A DNA stretch of 28,340 nt from Candidatus Bathyarchaeum sp. (GTDB taxonomy: Archaea > Thermoproteota > Bathyarchaeia > Bathyarchaeales > Bathyarchaeaceae): NCBI GenBank assembly GCA_026014495.1, contig JAOZIF010000184.1:1-28340 (forward strand). Reading direction: 5' to 3'. Of this stretch, positions 8,638 through 17,897 are shown piece after piece. The translations under genes and the position numbers were made by a program. The notes under the pieces are model-generated. The model saw nothing but the letters and a program-made list of their open reading frames with translations, was not told the DNA's origin and ran no database searches. Position 1 is the stretch's first letter, and each line of letters starts with the position of its first letter.

Positions 8638-8916
8638 ATGGCAGAAGACAACTCTGTGTTGATTGGAAAAAAGCCAGTAATGAACTATGTGCTAGCGTGC
8701 ATATCTCTCTTCCATGGCGGAGCAAACGAAGTTTCCGTTAAGGCTAGAGGTAGAGCAATCAGCAGAGCAATTGACGTTGTGGAAATAACCAGACGTCGTT
8801 TTATGCCAGACCTTAAAATACATAAAATTGGAATTGGTACAGAAGAATTGATGGTCTTTGAAGAGGGAGGCGCACCATCTAACGTTAGTACCATCGAAAT
8901 AACGTTAGAGAAGTAA
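8638..8916 (+). CDS. albA: DNA/RNA-binding protein Alba
   Basis: [40 protein letters not shown]. Confidence 0.97.
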   Translation: MAEDNSVLIGKKPVMNYVLACISLFHGGANEVSVKARGRAISRAIDVVEITRRRFMPDLKIHKIGIGTEELMVFEEGGAPSNVSTIEITLEK

Positions 8917-8985
8917 CCAAAAAATACGCAAGTTTAAATGTCTCCGCTGCCACACCTCATTTACTTCAGGGAGGACACACACGAA

Positions 8986-9492
8986 GTGAAAACGGAACTA
9001 TGCAATTTCTGCTTGAAGAGCGGAATATTGTGCTCAAAATGTCAAGAAAAACTCAAGTCAGGAGCTGTTAGTGAAGTAGACTTTACTGTAGCCCGTTTAC
9101 TTTTGTCTCTGGAAGAACAGTATCCTTCTCTTCAAGAAGTACGTTTTCACAAGGCTGTGGAAGCGGATAGAATTCTCGCAATTCTCGTTGATAAAGGTGA
9201 TGTGCCGCGACTTTTGAGTCATGGCGGAAAAATTGTTAAGGTTCTCGGTGAAAAGACGGACAAAACTGTTCGCATTCTGGAATATGGCGTAACTGAACGA
9301 AAGTTCCTAGAAGACCTCTTTGTTCCATTGAGCATTTTGACAATAAACAAGATTTGGTTGCCTGACGGAACCACTGAAACCCGAGTCATATTAAATCGCG
9401 GAAGACGAAAAAGAATTCCAAATGTCAAAGCTTCAAGGGAACTCGCCGAAAAGCTTCGGGGAATGACCCTTAGAGTAGAATTTGCCCAATAA
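8986..9492 (+). CDS. Archaeal NusA-like KH-domain protein with N-terminal Cys cluster
   Basis: CNFCLKSGILCSKC; KH-like LLSHGGKIVKVLGEKTDKTVRILE; INKIWLPDGT; GTG start after GGAGGA. Confidence 0.85.
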   Translation: MKTELCNFCLKSGILCSKCQEKLKSGAVSEVDFTVARLLLSLEEQYPSLQEVRFHKAVEADRILAILVDKGDVPRLLSHGGKIVKVLGEKTDKTVRILEYGVTERKFLEDLFVPLSILTINKIWLPDGTTETRVILNRGRRKRIPNVKASRELAEKLRGMTLRVEFAQ

Positions 9493-9507
9493 CAGGCTGG
9501 TTCTCCA

Positions 9508-10827
9508 ATGAAAATTGACAAGCTGGGAGCCTGGCGAAGAAGCCACTATTCAGCAGACATAAGTCCTGAACTAGATGGACAAGAAGTAATTGTTTTTGGC
9601 TGGGTTCAAGAAATCAGGGACCTAGGCGGCTTACGTTTTGTTATTTTGCAAGATAAAAATGGACAGTTGCAGATTACTATTCATAAAAACAAAGTTGTTG
9701 CTGAGGTAGTGGAGAAAGCTAAGACACTGCAAAAACAGTACAGCATCGGCGTTAAGGGAAAAGTTAAGACAATGAAAAATGCTCCTGGGGGCGTAGAAAT
9801 TGTTCCCAATGAACTGCGCATATTTAGTGTGTCAGAGCAGCCTTTGCCACTTGACATAACGGGGAGAACAAAAGCAGAAATTGATGTTCGCTTGGATGCC
9901 CGTGTACTGGACTTGAGACGGGAAGAAAATCAAGCAATCTTTAGGATTCAGCATGCTGCATTGCAAGCTGTGCGGGCGTTTCTGTCAAAGCAGGGTTTCA
10001 TGGAAGTTTTCACTCCGCGAATCATAGTATCTGCCACTGAGGGTGGAGCTGCGCTGTTTCCTGTAGCATACTTTACTAGAGAAGCTTTTTTGGCTCAAAG
10101 TCCACAGCTTTACAAAGAGCAGTTAAGTTTGGATTTTGAGAAAGTTTTCGAGATTGGCCCCTTCTTCAGAGCCGAAGAATCACACACTCGTCGTCACCTG
10201 AGCGAATTTATTTCCGTGGACATCGAACAGGCTTTTGCAAACGCAGAAGATGTCATGAATGTTCTTGAAGAGCTAATTCACGATGTCTGCAAGTATGTGG
10301 CTGATAACTGTAAGCGTGAACTTGAGCTTTTAGGTCACAAGATTGTGGTTCCCGAGATTCCCTTCAAGCGTCTAACTTACCGCGAGATTTTGGAGGAACT
10401 GGAAAACGAGAAGATTCACATCAACTGGGGCGAAGACATCCCCACTGCTGCTTATCGTGTTCTTGGGAAACTTCATCCCTATTACTACTTCATCACTGAC
10501 TGGCCAACCAAAGCTAAGGCATTTTACATCAAACCAAATGACGACAACCCCGAGCTAAGTGAAGGCTTTGACCTCATGTGGCACTGGGTAGAACTATCGT
10601 CTGGCGGAGCACGTATCCACGACAAAGAACTGCTAATGAAACGGCTAGCTGAGCAGGGACTAAGCACAGAATCCTTCAAAACACACCTAGCTACATTCGA
10701 TTACGGTATGCCACCACACGCAGGATGGGGACTAGGTCTAGCACGGATGGTCATGGTCTTAACTGGAGTAAAAAACATACGAGAAGTAGTGCTCTTCCCA
10801 AGAGACCAATTCAGACTAACACCATAA
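9508..10827 (+). CDS. aspS: Aspartate--tRNA(Asp/Asn) ligase, probably non-discriminating
   Basis: GWVQEIRDLGG, ATEGGAALF, LAQSPQLYKE, FRAEES, GMPPHAGWGLGLAR, LFPRD; Gln and Pro (NAPGG) at the discriminator positions. Confidence 0.97.
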   Translation: MKIDKLGAWRRSHYSADISPELDGQEVIVFGWVQEIRDLGGLRFVILQDKNGQLQITIHKNKVVAEVVEKAKTLQKQYSIGVKGKVKTMKNAPGGVEIVPNELRIFSVSEQPLPLDITGRTKAEIDVRLDARVLDLRREENQAIFRIQHAALQAVRAFLSKQGFMEVFTPRIIVSATEGGAALFPVAYFTREAFLAQSPQLYKEQLSLDFEKVFEIGPFFRAEESHTRRHLSEFISVDIEQAFANAEDVMNVLEELIHDVCKYVADNCKRELELLGHKIVVPEIPFKRLTYREILEELENEKIHINWGEDIPTAAYRVLGKLHPYYYFITDWPTKAKAFYIKPNDDNPELSEGFDLMWHWVELSSGGARIHDKELLMKRLAEQGLSTESFKTHLATFDYGMPPHAGWGLGLARMVMVLTGVKNIREVVLFPRDQFRLTP

Positions 10828-10836
10828 CTTTTGGTG

Positions 10837-12204
10837 CTAGTATCCTGCTGCTATCAGGTCTTGTGGTTTCATGAATTCTCGCAGTAGAACAGTTGCGTAG
10901 CTGCCACGGTTCAATGTGAAGCCCAGCTTCATCATTTGTTTGCCTTCATTTTCTTTATCTTCAGATATTTCTTCCAAAACCAGATTCCAGACAGGATTCA
11001 AAACTGCTCTTACTCTGCCTTCTGCGGTTGCTTCTGGCATGAACGGAATTTTGAACTGTTCTGGAGTAACATTTTCATCTTCAAGAATCACCTGCTCAAT
11101 CTCGCCCTGCAGCCCCTTGGATGGCGGCTGGTTTGGACCTACAAGCGGAGCAGCAACACACAACTTGTTTGCATTAACCCCCGCAGTTATATCCTGAATG
11201 TTTTGGTCTGTAGCCTGATCCCATCCCTCTGTTGGGATTCCGTTTTCGTCAAGTTTATTCACGTAGTCGCCGACCTGCGGCTCATTGAGGGGAATTGCTC
11301 TTCGTATTCGTTCACTGATGAACCTATTGAAAAGATACGACTGGTATGCTTGAACAAAGAGTTTACGAAGCCTCCGTGGCAACGCCCTGAATGCGCCCAC
11401 AAAATCGTTGGGATACCTTGCTAGGTGACCAAGCATGAATCGCTCATACCTCAAAAATCTTGGGAACCGTTCAAGTGCTTCTTCAAAGTTCATTGTGTCC
11501 TGTAGATATTGTCGCGCCTCCTGTGCTTCGGGGTGCTCGTGTATTGTGGGTTGTGCAAGAAAAGCAAGAGCCGCATCCTTTGTGTCTCCTAGTGTTAGAT
11601 GTTTGCCCACAAGATGGGTGTTTGGCCTGATTGTTCCAAAACGTTGGTGCCCAAAAAAGTTGGGAACACCCCCAACCTGCTCTATTTCTTGGATAGCACT
11701 GTTTGTTCTCTCTGCGATAACTGAGGCTGGGTTGTCCATTCCTCTCACGGTAATGTGGAACCTGTTTCCTTTAATGAGCTGAGAATACATTCTTTCTCTG
11801 GAATAACGCTGCGGATACACCTGTATGTCCTTGATTTGCAAACCCAAAACCTTGTCTGGTGATACATTCTGCAAACTAATATGCTGAGCAGTAAGCGCCT
11901 TTGTGTCCTTGATTCCCGCAAACCTGATGCGCTTTTGGCTAACATGTAACCCATGAGCAACCTCTCTAACCGCCATAAAAGTGTCCCATTTTCGCTTAAC
12001 AAGCACACAAATGAGGTAGTTTCCCTCGCCAGTAGGTGCCCATTCTTCAGTTGGAGGCGTAACTTCAGCTAAAGAGTCATTAACTAAAAGTTCCTCAACA
12101 ACAAAATCGTCTAACAGCGTACGAATTTTGCCCCCAATCCCCTCGGACTGGGTGGAGTAAACTTCCATCCCCAAATCTTTTTCGAGCTGTGGAACCTGCA
12201 ACAA
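10837..12204 (-). CDS. truD: tRNA pseudouridine(13) synthase TruD/Pus7
   Basis: DFVVEE, FAGIKDTKALTAQ (catalytic Asp), GVPNFFGHQRFG, LFVQAYQSYLFN, FTLNRGSYATVLLREFMK. Confidence 0.97.
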   Translation of the reverse strand: MLQVPQLEKDLGMEVYSTQSEGIGGKIRTLLDDFVVEELLVNDSLAEVTPPTEEWAPTGEGNYLICVLVKRKWDTFMAVREVAHGLHVSQKRIRFAGIKDTKALTAQHISLQNVSPDKVLGLQIKDIQVYPQRYSRERMYSQLIKGNRFHITVRGMDNPASVIAERTNSAIQEIEQVGGVPNFFGHQRFGTIRPNTHLVGKHLTLGDTKDAALAFLAQPTIHEHPEAQEARQYLQDTMNFEEALERFPRFLRYERFMLGHLARYPNDFVGAFRALPRRLRKLFVQAYQSYLFNRFISERIRRAIPLNEPQVGDYVNKLDENGIPTEGWDQATDQNIQDITAGVNANKLCVAAPLVGPNQPPSKGLQGEIEQVILEDENVTPEQFKIPFMPEATAEGRVRAVLNPVWNLVLEEISEDKENEGKQMMKLGFTLNRGSYATVLLREFMKPQDLIAAGY

Positions 12205-12210
12205 ACTTCC

Positions 12211-12597
12211 TCAGAGTAGACTCAATTTTCCCGTTATTGTATCAACCTTGTTTGCTGGGGCTGGACCTATCCCCAAACAGGTTGTAGTGTTTGGCGGAAT
12301 TTCAGTTAAACCCCTATCAACAATCAGTGCCACAGGAAGCCCAGCGTTTCTGGCTTTTCTTTCAATCTCTAATATCTCAGCTTCAGACCTAACTTTCACC
12401 GCAATCTTGCATTGCCCCTCTGTAATCCATGGACTCCACCATTCAGGGCGATTCTTTCTTGCATATTCGGCTGCAGAAACTGCAGCGTGTCCAGCCTGAG
12501 CAGCCATCTTACCTTTACTCATTTTAATGTCTGTTCTCACGACAATAACCATCTTATACGAGAAAGCCGATGAATCGCACGATATTCTTCCAGTCAT
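12211..12597 (-). CDS. pth2: Peptidyl-tRNA hydrolase Pth2
   Basis: YKMVIVVRTDIKMSKGKMAAQAGHAA, GQCKIAVKV, DRGLTEIPPNTTTCLGIGP. Confidence 0.96.
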   Translation of the reverse strand: MTGRISCDSSAFSYKMVIVVRTDIKMSKGKMAAQAGHAAVSAAEYARKNRPEWWSPWITEGQCKIAVKVRSEAEILEIERKARNAGLPVALIVDRGLTEIPPNTTTCLGIGPAPANKVDTITGKLSLL

Positions 12598-12676
12598 TTT
12601 TCTGTAGCCCCAACACACTATTCTACTGTTCTTTGTTCTTACTCTAAAACGCTTCCATGCCCAACATCAACACATT

Positions 12677-13903
12677 CTAAAAGAAACTTTGTTTTGTTGA
12701 CGACATCAGCCACGAATAAAGAAAATAGCTGATTACCGCCAGCGTACCCGGATACTTCATCATAGGAATAAGGGACCTGCCCTGAAAGTCGATGTCTCCA
12801 AACTTTTTAAGTGTCTCACTTATCCCCAGCCTCTTACACAAATCAATTACCTTGTCTGTTCTGCTATCAGGTAGACTGTTTAACATTCTTCGCATCATGA
12901 GCATGGCTGATAAATCAAAACCTACCAACCGTTTCCATTGACGATGGTAACTTGAAAGAAACATTTCAGAAAAATTGCCGCTCTTAACTGCCTCGCAGGC
13001 AACCTCCCCTGCCACCTTTGCACAGGTTAAACCAAAGATTACGCCTCCACCTGTTGTAGGTTTTACTTGGGATGCCGCATCACCCACAGCAAGAAAGCCA
13101 TTTGAATACGTTTTAGGAATTGGACCAGCCAACGGTATAGGATGAGCCAAAATACTGTTGACTTTGCTTTTTTGTAGTTTCTTGGATGCCACCGGATGCT
13201 TCTCCATGAAGCTTCGAAGATGCTGCTGCGGGTTACCTGTGCTGGTGGCTAATCCAACCTTTGCTGTCCCATCCTTTCTGGGTATTATCCAAGCAAAAAA
13301 GTCTGGCGCAACATTTCTTCCCAGATACACCTCAACCATGTCTTCATCAAAATGCTCTAGCCCCTCAACATCTGCTTGTATTCCACGAACAGTCATCGAA
13401 GCCCTCAATCCAGCCAAACCCGTGTTTTTCAGAATGGCTGATGAGCATCCTTCAGCATCTATGACCAGACTCGATTCAATCTTCTCTTTTTCCTTCAGAA
13501 TTACCCCTTTGACATGACCTGAATCAAAAAGCAGAGACTTCACTCTAGATTTGAAACGATACTGAACTCCAGCTTTCATGGCCAGTTCAGCAATGTGCTT
13601 GTCAAAGCGCCCACGGTCAACAACATATGTTACTGGATTGTGGCACCTTAGCACGAACTCTTTGCCTGATGGCGAATAGATGTTGGCTCCTTTAATCTCG
13701 TTTTCAATAATACTTTGTGGTAATGGTATTTGCAGCCGTTTCAAACTAGAAATATTTAGATGACCTGCACAGTGGTCTGGCGCCCCAACTTGGTTATGTT
13801 CTTCGCAAACCACAACATTAGCGCCTAATTTAGCTGCTGAATATGCCGCGTATGAGCCACAGGGTCCTGCTCCGACCACAACAATGTCATGTTTTGTTTT
13901 CAC
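12677..13903 (-). CDS. Geranylgeranyl reductase family FAD oxidoreductase (DGGGPL reductase-like)
   Basis: DIVVVGAGPCGS Rossmann motif, VIDAEG, FAWIIP, GFLAVGDAASQVKPTTGGGV. Confidence 0.9.
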   Translation of the reverse strand: MKTKHDIVVVGAGPCGSYAAYSAAKLGANVVVCEEHNQVGAPDHCAGHLNISSLKRLQIPLPQSIIENEIKGANIYSPSGKEFVLRCHNPVTYVVDRGRFDKHIAELAMKAGVQYRFKSRVKSLLFDSGHVKGVILKEKEKIESSLVIDAEGCSSAILKNTGLAGLRASMTVRGIQADVEGLEHFDEDMVEVYLGRNVAPDFFAWIIPRKDGTAKVGLATSTGNPQQHLRSFMEKHPVASKKLQKSKVNSILAHPIPLAGPIPKTYSNGFLAVGDAASQVKPTTGGGVIFGLTCAKVAGEVACEAVKSGNFSEMFLSSYHRQWKRLVGFDLSAMLMMRRMLNSLPDSRTDKVIDLCKRLGISETLKKFGDIDFQGRSLIPMMKYPGTLAVISYFLYSWLMSSTKQSFF

Positions 13904-14013
13904 GTCTCTTCTTCCTCTTGCCAAACAAGTCTACTATTATTCTCTAGGGAAGTTTTAAAAGATAGCATATATAAGAGGGCAGTGTATTATCCAAGTTTCC
14001 TTGAGGTGTTGCT

Positions 14014-14199
14014 GTGAGCGAGAAAGTAAACATCGTTATGCCAAAGTGCATGTCCTGTAACCGAATTGTTCCTCCGGGCGAAGATGCGACAAAAACTAAT
14101 TGCCCAAACTGTGGAGAAATTCTCATCTGGCGTTGCGCTAAATGTCGACAGTTCGGAAGAAACTACCGCTGTCCAAAATGTGGATTCACTGGACCGTAG
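14014..14199 (+). CDS. Double zinc-ribbon protein, DUF1610 / HVO_2753-like
   Basis: CMSC...CPNCGEILIWRCAKCRQFGRNYRCPKCGFTGP; GAGGTG RBS. Confidence 0.93.
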   Translation: MSEKVNIVMPKCMSCNRIVPPGEDATKTNCPNCGEILIWRCAKCRQFGRNYRCPKCGFTGP

Positions 14200-14201
14200 C
14201 T

Positions 14202-14218
14202 TTGGTTAGCGTAACCAA
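14202..14218 (+). terminator. Inverted repeat right after the stop codon; possible terminator or mRNA-stabilising hairpin
   Basis: TTGGTTA-GCG-TAACCAA 2 nt after TAG; T-rich tract downstream. Confidence 0.4.
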
Positions 14219-14391
14219 CGCTTCCATTTTTGGATTAGCATAAAGTTTTGAAAGAACTGCAAGTCAGTTTTTCTAGTCTAGTTGTTTGTGCCTCCCTTTA
14301 AGGGGGAAGATTTTGTTTTTGTGGTCTGAAAATTAGATATACCCGAATTTGGTATAACTTATATCGCAAGTTAAGCAGAGGGGGTGAGTTT

Positions 14392-14514
14392 GTGGGGGTT
14401 CAAGCAGTTAATGAGAAGTATCGCTGTAATATTTGTGGTAACGAAGTTGTTGTAACCAAAGTTGGTGGCGGAACACTTGTGTGTTGTGGAGAAGACATGG
14501 AGTTACTCAGTTAG
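14392..14514 (+). CDS. Stand-alone desulforedoxin (FeS4 iron-binding) protein, 40 aa (missed by ORF track)
   Basis: [40 protein letters not shown]; CxxC-x16-CC Dx signature; GGGGTGA RBS, GTG start. Confidence 0.92.
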   Translation: MGVQAVNEKYRCNICGNEVVVTKVGGGTLVCCGEDMELLS

Positions 14515-14805
14515 AAGTTACAGCGATTCGTGTGGCTTTCCAACGTAGACACGCATTTCTGTGGATTATGCAACAAGATAGCTGTGCCCGAGTAAATCAC
14601 GTTTAGCTCTCTTTTTTTGAGCCACAAGCTGAAAATTGTTTTGGATGATTCAGTGTGCTAGTGAATGAACTACGTTTCTTCTGACAATGTTCCCCGAAAA
14701 ACGTATTTTTGAGTGTTTGCTGCATTAAATTTTCAACAAAAACGCTTGTGCCAAGAAAAAGCTTTTATTCAAAGCCCTAGAAACTGGGTTTCGTGGTGTT
14801 ACTTT

Positions 14806-15447
14806 ATGGACATACAAACAACCAAAACTTTGGGTGGTATAGGCGCATTACTAATGCTGATCTCCCCGCTCTCTGGCTTTGCAGCAGGCGGCTTTGGTAG
14901 CTTACTAGGACTTGTTGGCATAATTCTTGTTTTAATCGCAATGAAAGGACTCGCTGACAACTACAACGAAAGCGGCATATTCAACAACACCCTTTACGGC
15001 GTTATCTTGACGATAGTAGGTGCAGTAGTCTTTGTAGCTACTATTGTTGTGGGCGCAGTTGGTTTCTTATCTGAACTAAACCTTGATTTAGACACTCTGA
15101 GCACAGACCCAACAGCTCTTTCCAACATGGACTGGGAAGCCGCAATAGACTTCAGTACACTCGGAGAGTATATCGCAATTATCCTAGCCGGATTAGTTGT
15201 CCTCTTCGTGTTCGTTGTTATCGCAGCAATATTCTATAGAAAATCACTCTCTTCACTCTCTGAAAAGACTGGAGTTGGACTCTTCGGCACTACAGGATTG
15301 ATAATACTCATCGGCGCTGTTTTAACCATCATACTTGTCGGTTTCTTGCTTCTCTGGGTTGCTTTGCTGCTTTTGACTATAGCGTTCTTCTCAATAAAGA
15401 CGGACGCTGTTCCACCTCCGCCTCCCCCTCCAGAACCGCCAACTTAA
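14806..15447 (+). CDS. DUF996 family membrane protein
   Basis: KTLGGIGALL...LVGIILVLIAMKGLADNYNESGIFNN...FYRKSLSSLSEKTGVGLFGTTG; poly-Pro tail. Confidence 0.88.
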   Translation: MDIQTTKTLGGIGALLMLISPLSGFAAGGFGSLLGLVGIILVLIAMKGLADNYNESGIFNNTLYGVILTIVGAVVFVATIVVGAVGFLSELNLDLDTLSTDPTALSNMDWEAAIDFSTLGEYIAIILAGLVVLFVFVVIAAIFYRKSLSSLSEKTGVGLFGTTGLIILIGAVLTIILVGFLLLWVALLLLTIAFFSIKTDAVPPPPPPPEPPT

Positions 15448-15513
15448 CAGTTCACCCAAACGCTACTTACATAGCAAAAAAACCCACAAACCCTACTTTT
15501 TTTATCTTTTTAC

Positions 15514-16131
15514 TTAGACCGTCACCTGAATGCACTGTGTAAGAGTAGCAAGGAATTCTTCGTTTATAGAATACCTGACTGTAATCCCATCAGCTTGACC
15601 TGTAACAAGATTTTCCTCTTGTAATTGTTTCATGTGCCACGTTAAAGCCTGAGAAGAAATGTTTAGGCGCTCAGCCATGATTCCATGAGAGACCGACTTT
15701 TCATTATGCAGTATTGTTAATATTTTTCCTGCAGTCTTGCGTCTGAGAACAGAAATTATTCTCATTTCATTACTGGAGAATTTTCTTGATTCAAAGTATC
15801 GCTTATTTCGTCCATCACGGCGATTGGAAATAAAACCCCCCTTCATGAGCACTGCAAGATGATACTGTACAACTCCAATTGGAAGTGCGAGGTAGTTGCA
15901 GATTCCCCTGAAGTTGATTCCAGGTGTGTTTGTTATGAAGTTGTAGATTTGAATTCTGGTTGATTGATTCAACAACGATGCGTCATAATTGAGGCTCATC
16001 TGAACTAGTGATTGAGTGCTAAGTGATGTTGAAAAATCGGCGATAAGATTGGCTTTTGGATTGATTAATGTAACTAGTGATAAGACAATGAGTAACAGTA
16101 GAAATGCTGAAAGGAGTTTGCCACATTTCAA
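15514..16131 (-). CDS. Tandem winged-HTH regulator (HVO_0163/COG3398-like) with N-terminal hydrophobic anchor
   Basis: FITNTPGINFRGI...GVVQYHLAVL...DGRNKRYF and ILTILHNEKSVSHGIMAERLNISSQALTWHMKQL; N-terminal TM/signal. Confidence 0.85.
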   Translation of the reverse strand: MKCGKLLSAFLLLLIVLSLVTLINPKANLIADFSTSLSTQSLVQMSLNYDASLLNQSTRIQIYNFITNTPGINFRGICNYLALPIGVVQYHLAVLMKGGFISNRRDGRNKRYFESRKFSSNEMRIISVLRRKTAGKILTILHNEKSVSHGIMAERLNISSQALTWHMKQLQEENLVTGQADGITVRYSINEEFLATLTQCIQVTV

Positions 16132-16272
16132 TTGGGTTTCCTCATAGGAAAGTTGCTTTTCAAGTATTTATGATGATTTGTAAATAAATGTACTATTTGT
16201 CAATGATTGTACCATAAACCCTATTTTTCTAGAAATTAATTGCCTACCTGAATCAAAAACGGATGGGTTATT

Positions 16273-17772
16273 TTGAATATTCATGGCACACTAAAAATTA
16301 GTTACCTACATCTCATTTATGTCCTCAATATCGCGGCGGGATTCATTTTCTTTTATGTCGACCAATACATTCACACACATGTTGCAAGTAGCTACTCTTA
16401 CACAAGACCATATTTCAGAGCCTTTTACTTTTTTGACACATGGTCCTACGCCATTCTTTTTTCCTTATCTTTACTAATTCTCGCCTTTTTGCAAAAAGAC
16501 AGGATACGCGCCCTCTTTGTTGCCCCCATGCTACTAGTTACGGCAGTCTTTAATGTCCTGTTCATAGGAGTCAACAACGGCTACTATTTTCCTTGGAACC
16601 TAATAACAACTGAACCAAACCATTGGCTAATGCAGTGGGGATTCAACATTATCGTGAGCATTCAGTGGACGCTACTGCTTATCGGAATAGTGAAAAACCG
16701 ACGCTTCACTTCGTTCCTAGTTCCCGTGAATGCTGTTTTGATAGTTGTGACTTCTCTGTTCCGCAACAACCTCAATCATTTACTCGACTTTGGAGCTACT
16801 CCAATCGAACTAGCCTACGCCATGGTAATCTTATTTTCTTTGGTGTTTACTTTGGCATATTTGATTTACCAAAAAAAGAAGCAGATTATTCCATCTGTTG
16901 CAGAAGCTGCGATTGTATCTGTTGTTTTATTTGTTGTTGGACTTGTTTCATGGAATGCACCACGCATCCATAACCTCATTCCTTTCTTTATTTTTGAGCG
17001 CGACATGGCTTTAGGTTCAATCCTGATCGGAATACTTGCCGCTGTAATTTCTTCCAAAGTGATGAAAAGAGAATCGATTACACTACATAAGAAGCATGTT
17101 TTGACTCTAGTTGTGGTGTTTGTTTTAGTGACTCCAGTTTTGGGTGCTATTCAGTATCAAGGAAGGGATAGTGTAGTTGCTGAGAGGCTAGGCGGAAAAT
17201 ATGATGCACAAATACGTGTGACACATTTCCCTGATACGGAAGAGTTTTGGTACACAAAAGATGGTAAAGAATGGTCAGGATACTTTGACTCAAATTATGT
17301 TGCTTGTCTAGATTGGATAAGAAGTAACGTTGCTCAAAATTCTGTTTTCTTGAACTGGTGGGACTACGGACACATGATAAGAGGAATCGCCGAACAAGAA
17401 GTAATCATCTTTAGTCCATCCGAGGAAATACTTTGGACAATACAGGACCCAAGCCAAATTAGTGAATACTCAAACCATCAAAATGTTGTGGCCGTAGCCC
17501 AAGCCTTAACCGCCACTGACATAAACGAAACAATAGCAATAATGCAAAACTATAACACTGCCTACATTTTCGTTTCCCAAGACGATGCCGCTATAGCAGG
17601 TGTCTTCTTTGAAGTTGCTGGAAAGGATTCGTCAACATATCTTACTTCGGAAGGGTTTACTGACCAAGGAAAAGAGACAACGCTATACAAGATTCTGCAG
17701 ATGACAAACCTAGAAAATTTTGACATTGTTTACAGCGACACGCAAGTAGTAATCTACAAACTAACTGTATGA
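16273..17772 (+). CDS. Multi-pass membrane protein with AglB/STT3-type C-terminal domain
   Basis: About 9 hydrophobic segments followed by LDWIRSN..NSVFLNWWDYGHMI (WWDYG motif) and MQNYNTAYIFV. Confidence 0.8.
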   Translation: MNIHGTLKISYLHLIYVLNIAAGFIFFYVDQYIHTHVASSYSYTRPYFRAFYFFDTWSYAILFSLSLLILAFLQKDRIRALFVAPMLLVTAVFNVLFIGVNNGYYFPWNLITTEPNHWLMQWGFNIIVSIQWTLLLIGIVKNRRFTSFLVPVNAVLIVVTSLFRNNLNHLLDFGATPIELAYAMVILFSLVFTLAYLIYQKKKQIIPSVAEAAIVSVVLFVVGLVSWNAPRIHNLIPFFIFERDMALGSILIGILAAVISSKVMKRESITLHKKHVLTLVVVFVLVTPVLGAIQYQGRDSVVAERLGGKYDAQIRVTHFPDTEEFWYTKDGKEWSGYFDSNYVACLDWIRSNVAQNSVFLNWWDYGHMIRGIAEQEVIIFSPSEEILWTIQDPSQISEYSNHQNVVAVAQALTATDINETIAIMQNYNTAYIFVSQDDAAIAGVFFEVAGKDSSTYLTSEGFTDQGKETTLYKILQMTNLENFDIVYSDTQVVIYKLTV

Positions 17773-17798
17773 CTAAAGGGCCTGTTCAAAGCTAAACG

Positions 17799-17897
17799 TT
17801 TTTAAGAGATTCATGCAATCTGTTCGGTTTGCGGGTAGGTGGAGCCTCCCACCCGTTCCGCATTAAAAATCCCGGAGTGGGGAGGTAAAAATATACA
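17799..17897 (+). promoter_or_regulatory. queT promoter (TTTTTAAG) and structured GC-rich 5' leader with anti-SD; candidate riboswitch
   Basis: TATA-like box 17799-17806; hairpins GCGG/CCGC and GGTGG/CCACC; CCTCCC (17845-50) complementary to GGGAGG SD (17880-85). Confidence 0.5.

Noticed and set aside
10916-13517. Numerous antisense ORFs over truD, pth2 and the reductase (similarly over rpiA, purP and hxlR)
   Set aside because: Shadow frames of well-supported genes, with no motifs.
14642-14687. Possible C/D box sRNA: TGGATGA-12 nt-GTGA-ATGA-12 nt-CTGA
   Set aside because: C box is imperfect, C'/D' are not separable, and I could not identify rRNA or tRNA targets for the guides. A snoscan-type search would be needed.
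17831-17861. queT leader as a fluoride, guanidine or TPP riboswitch
   Set aside because: Lacks the consensus cores of those classes as I recall them, and the downstream gene does not fit.
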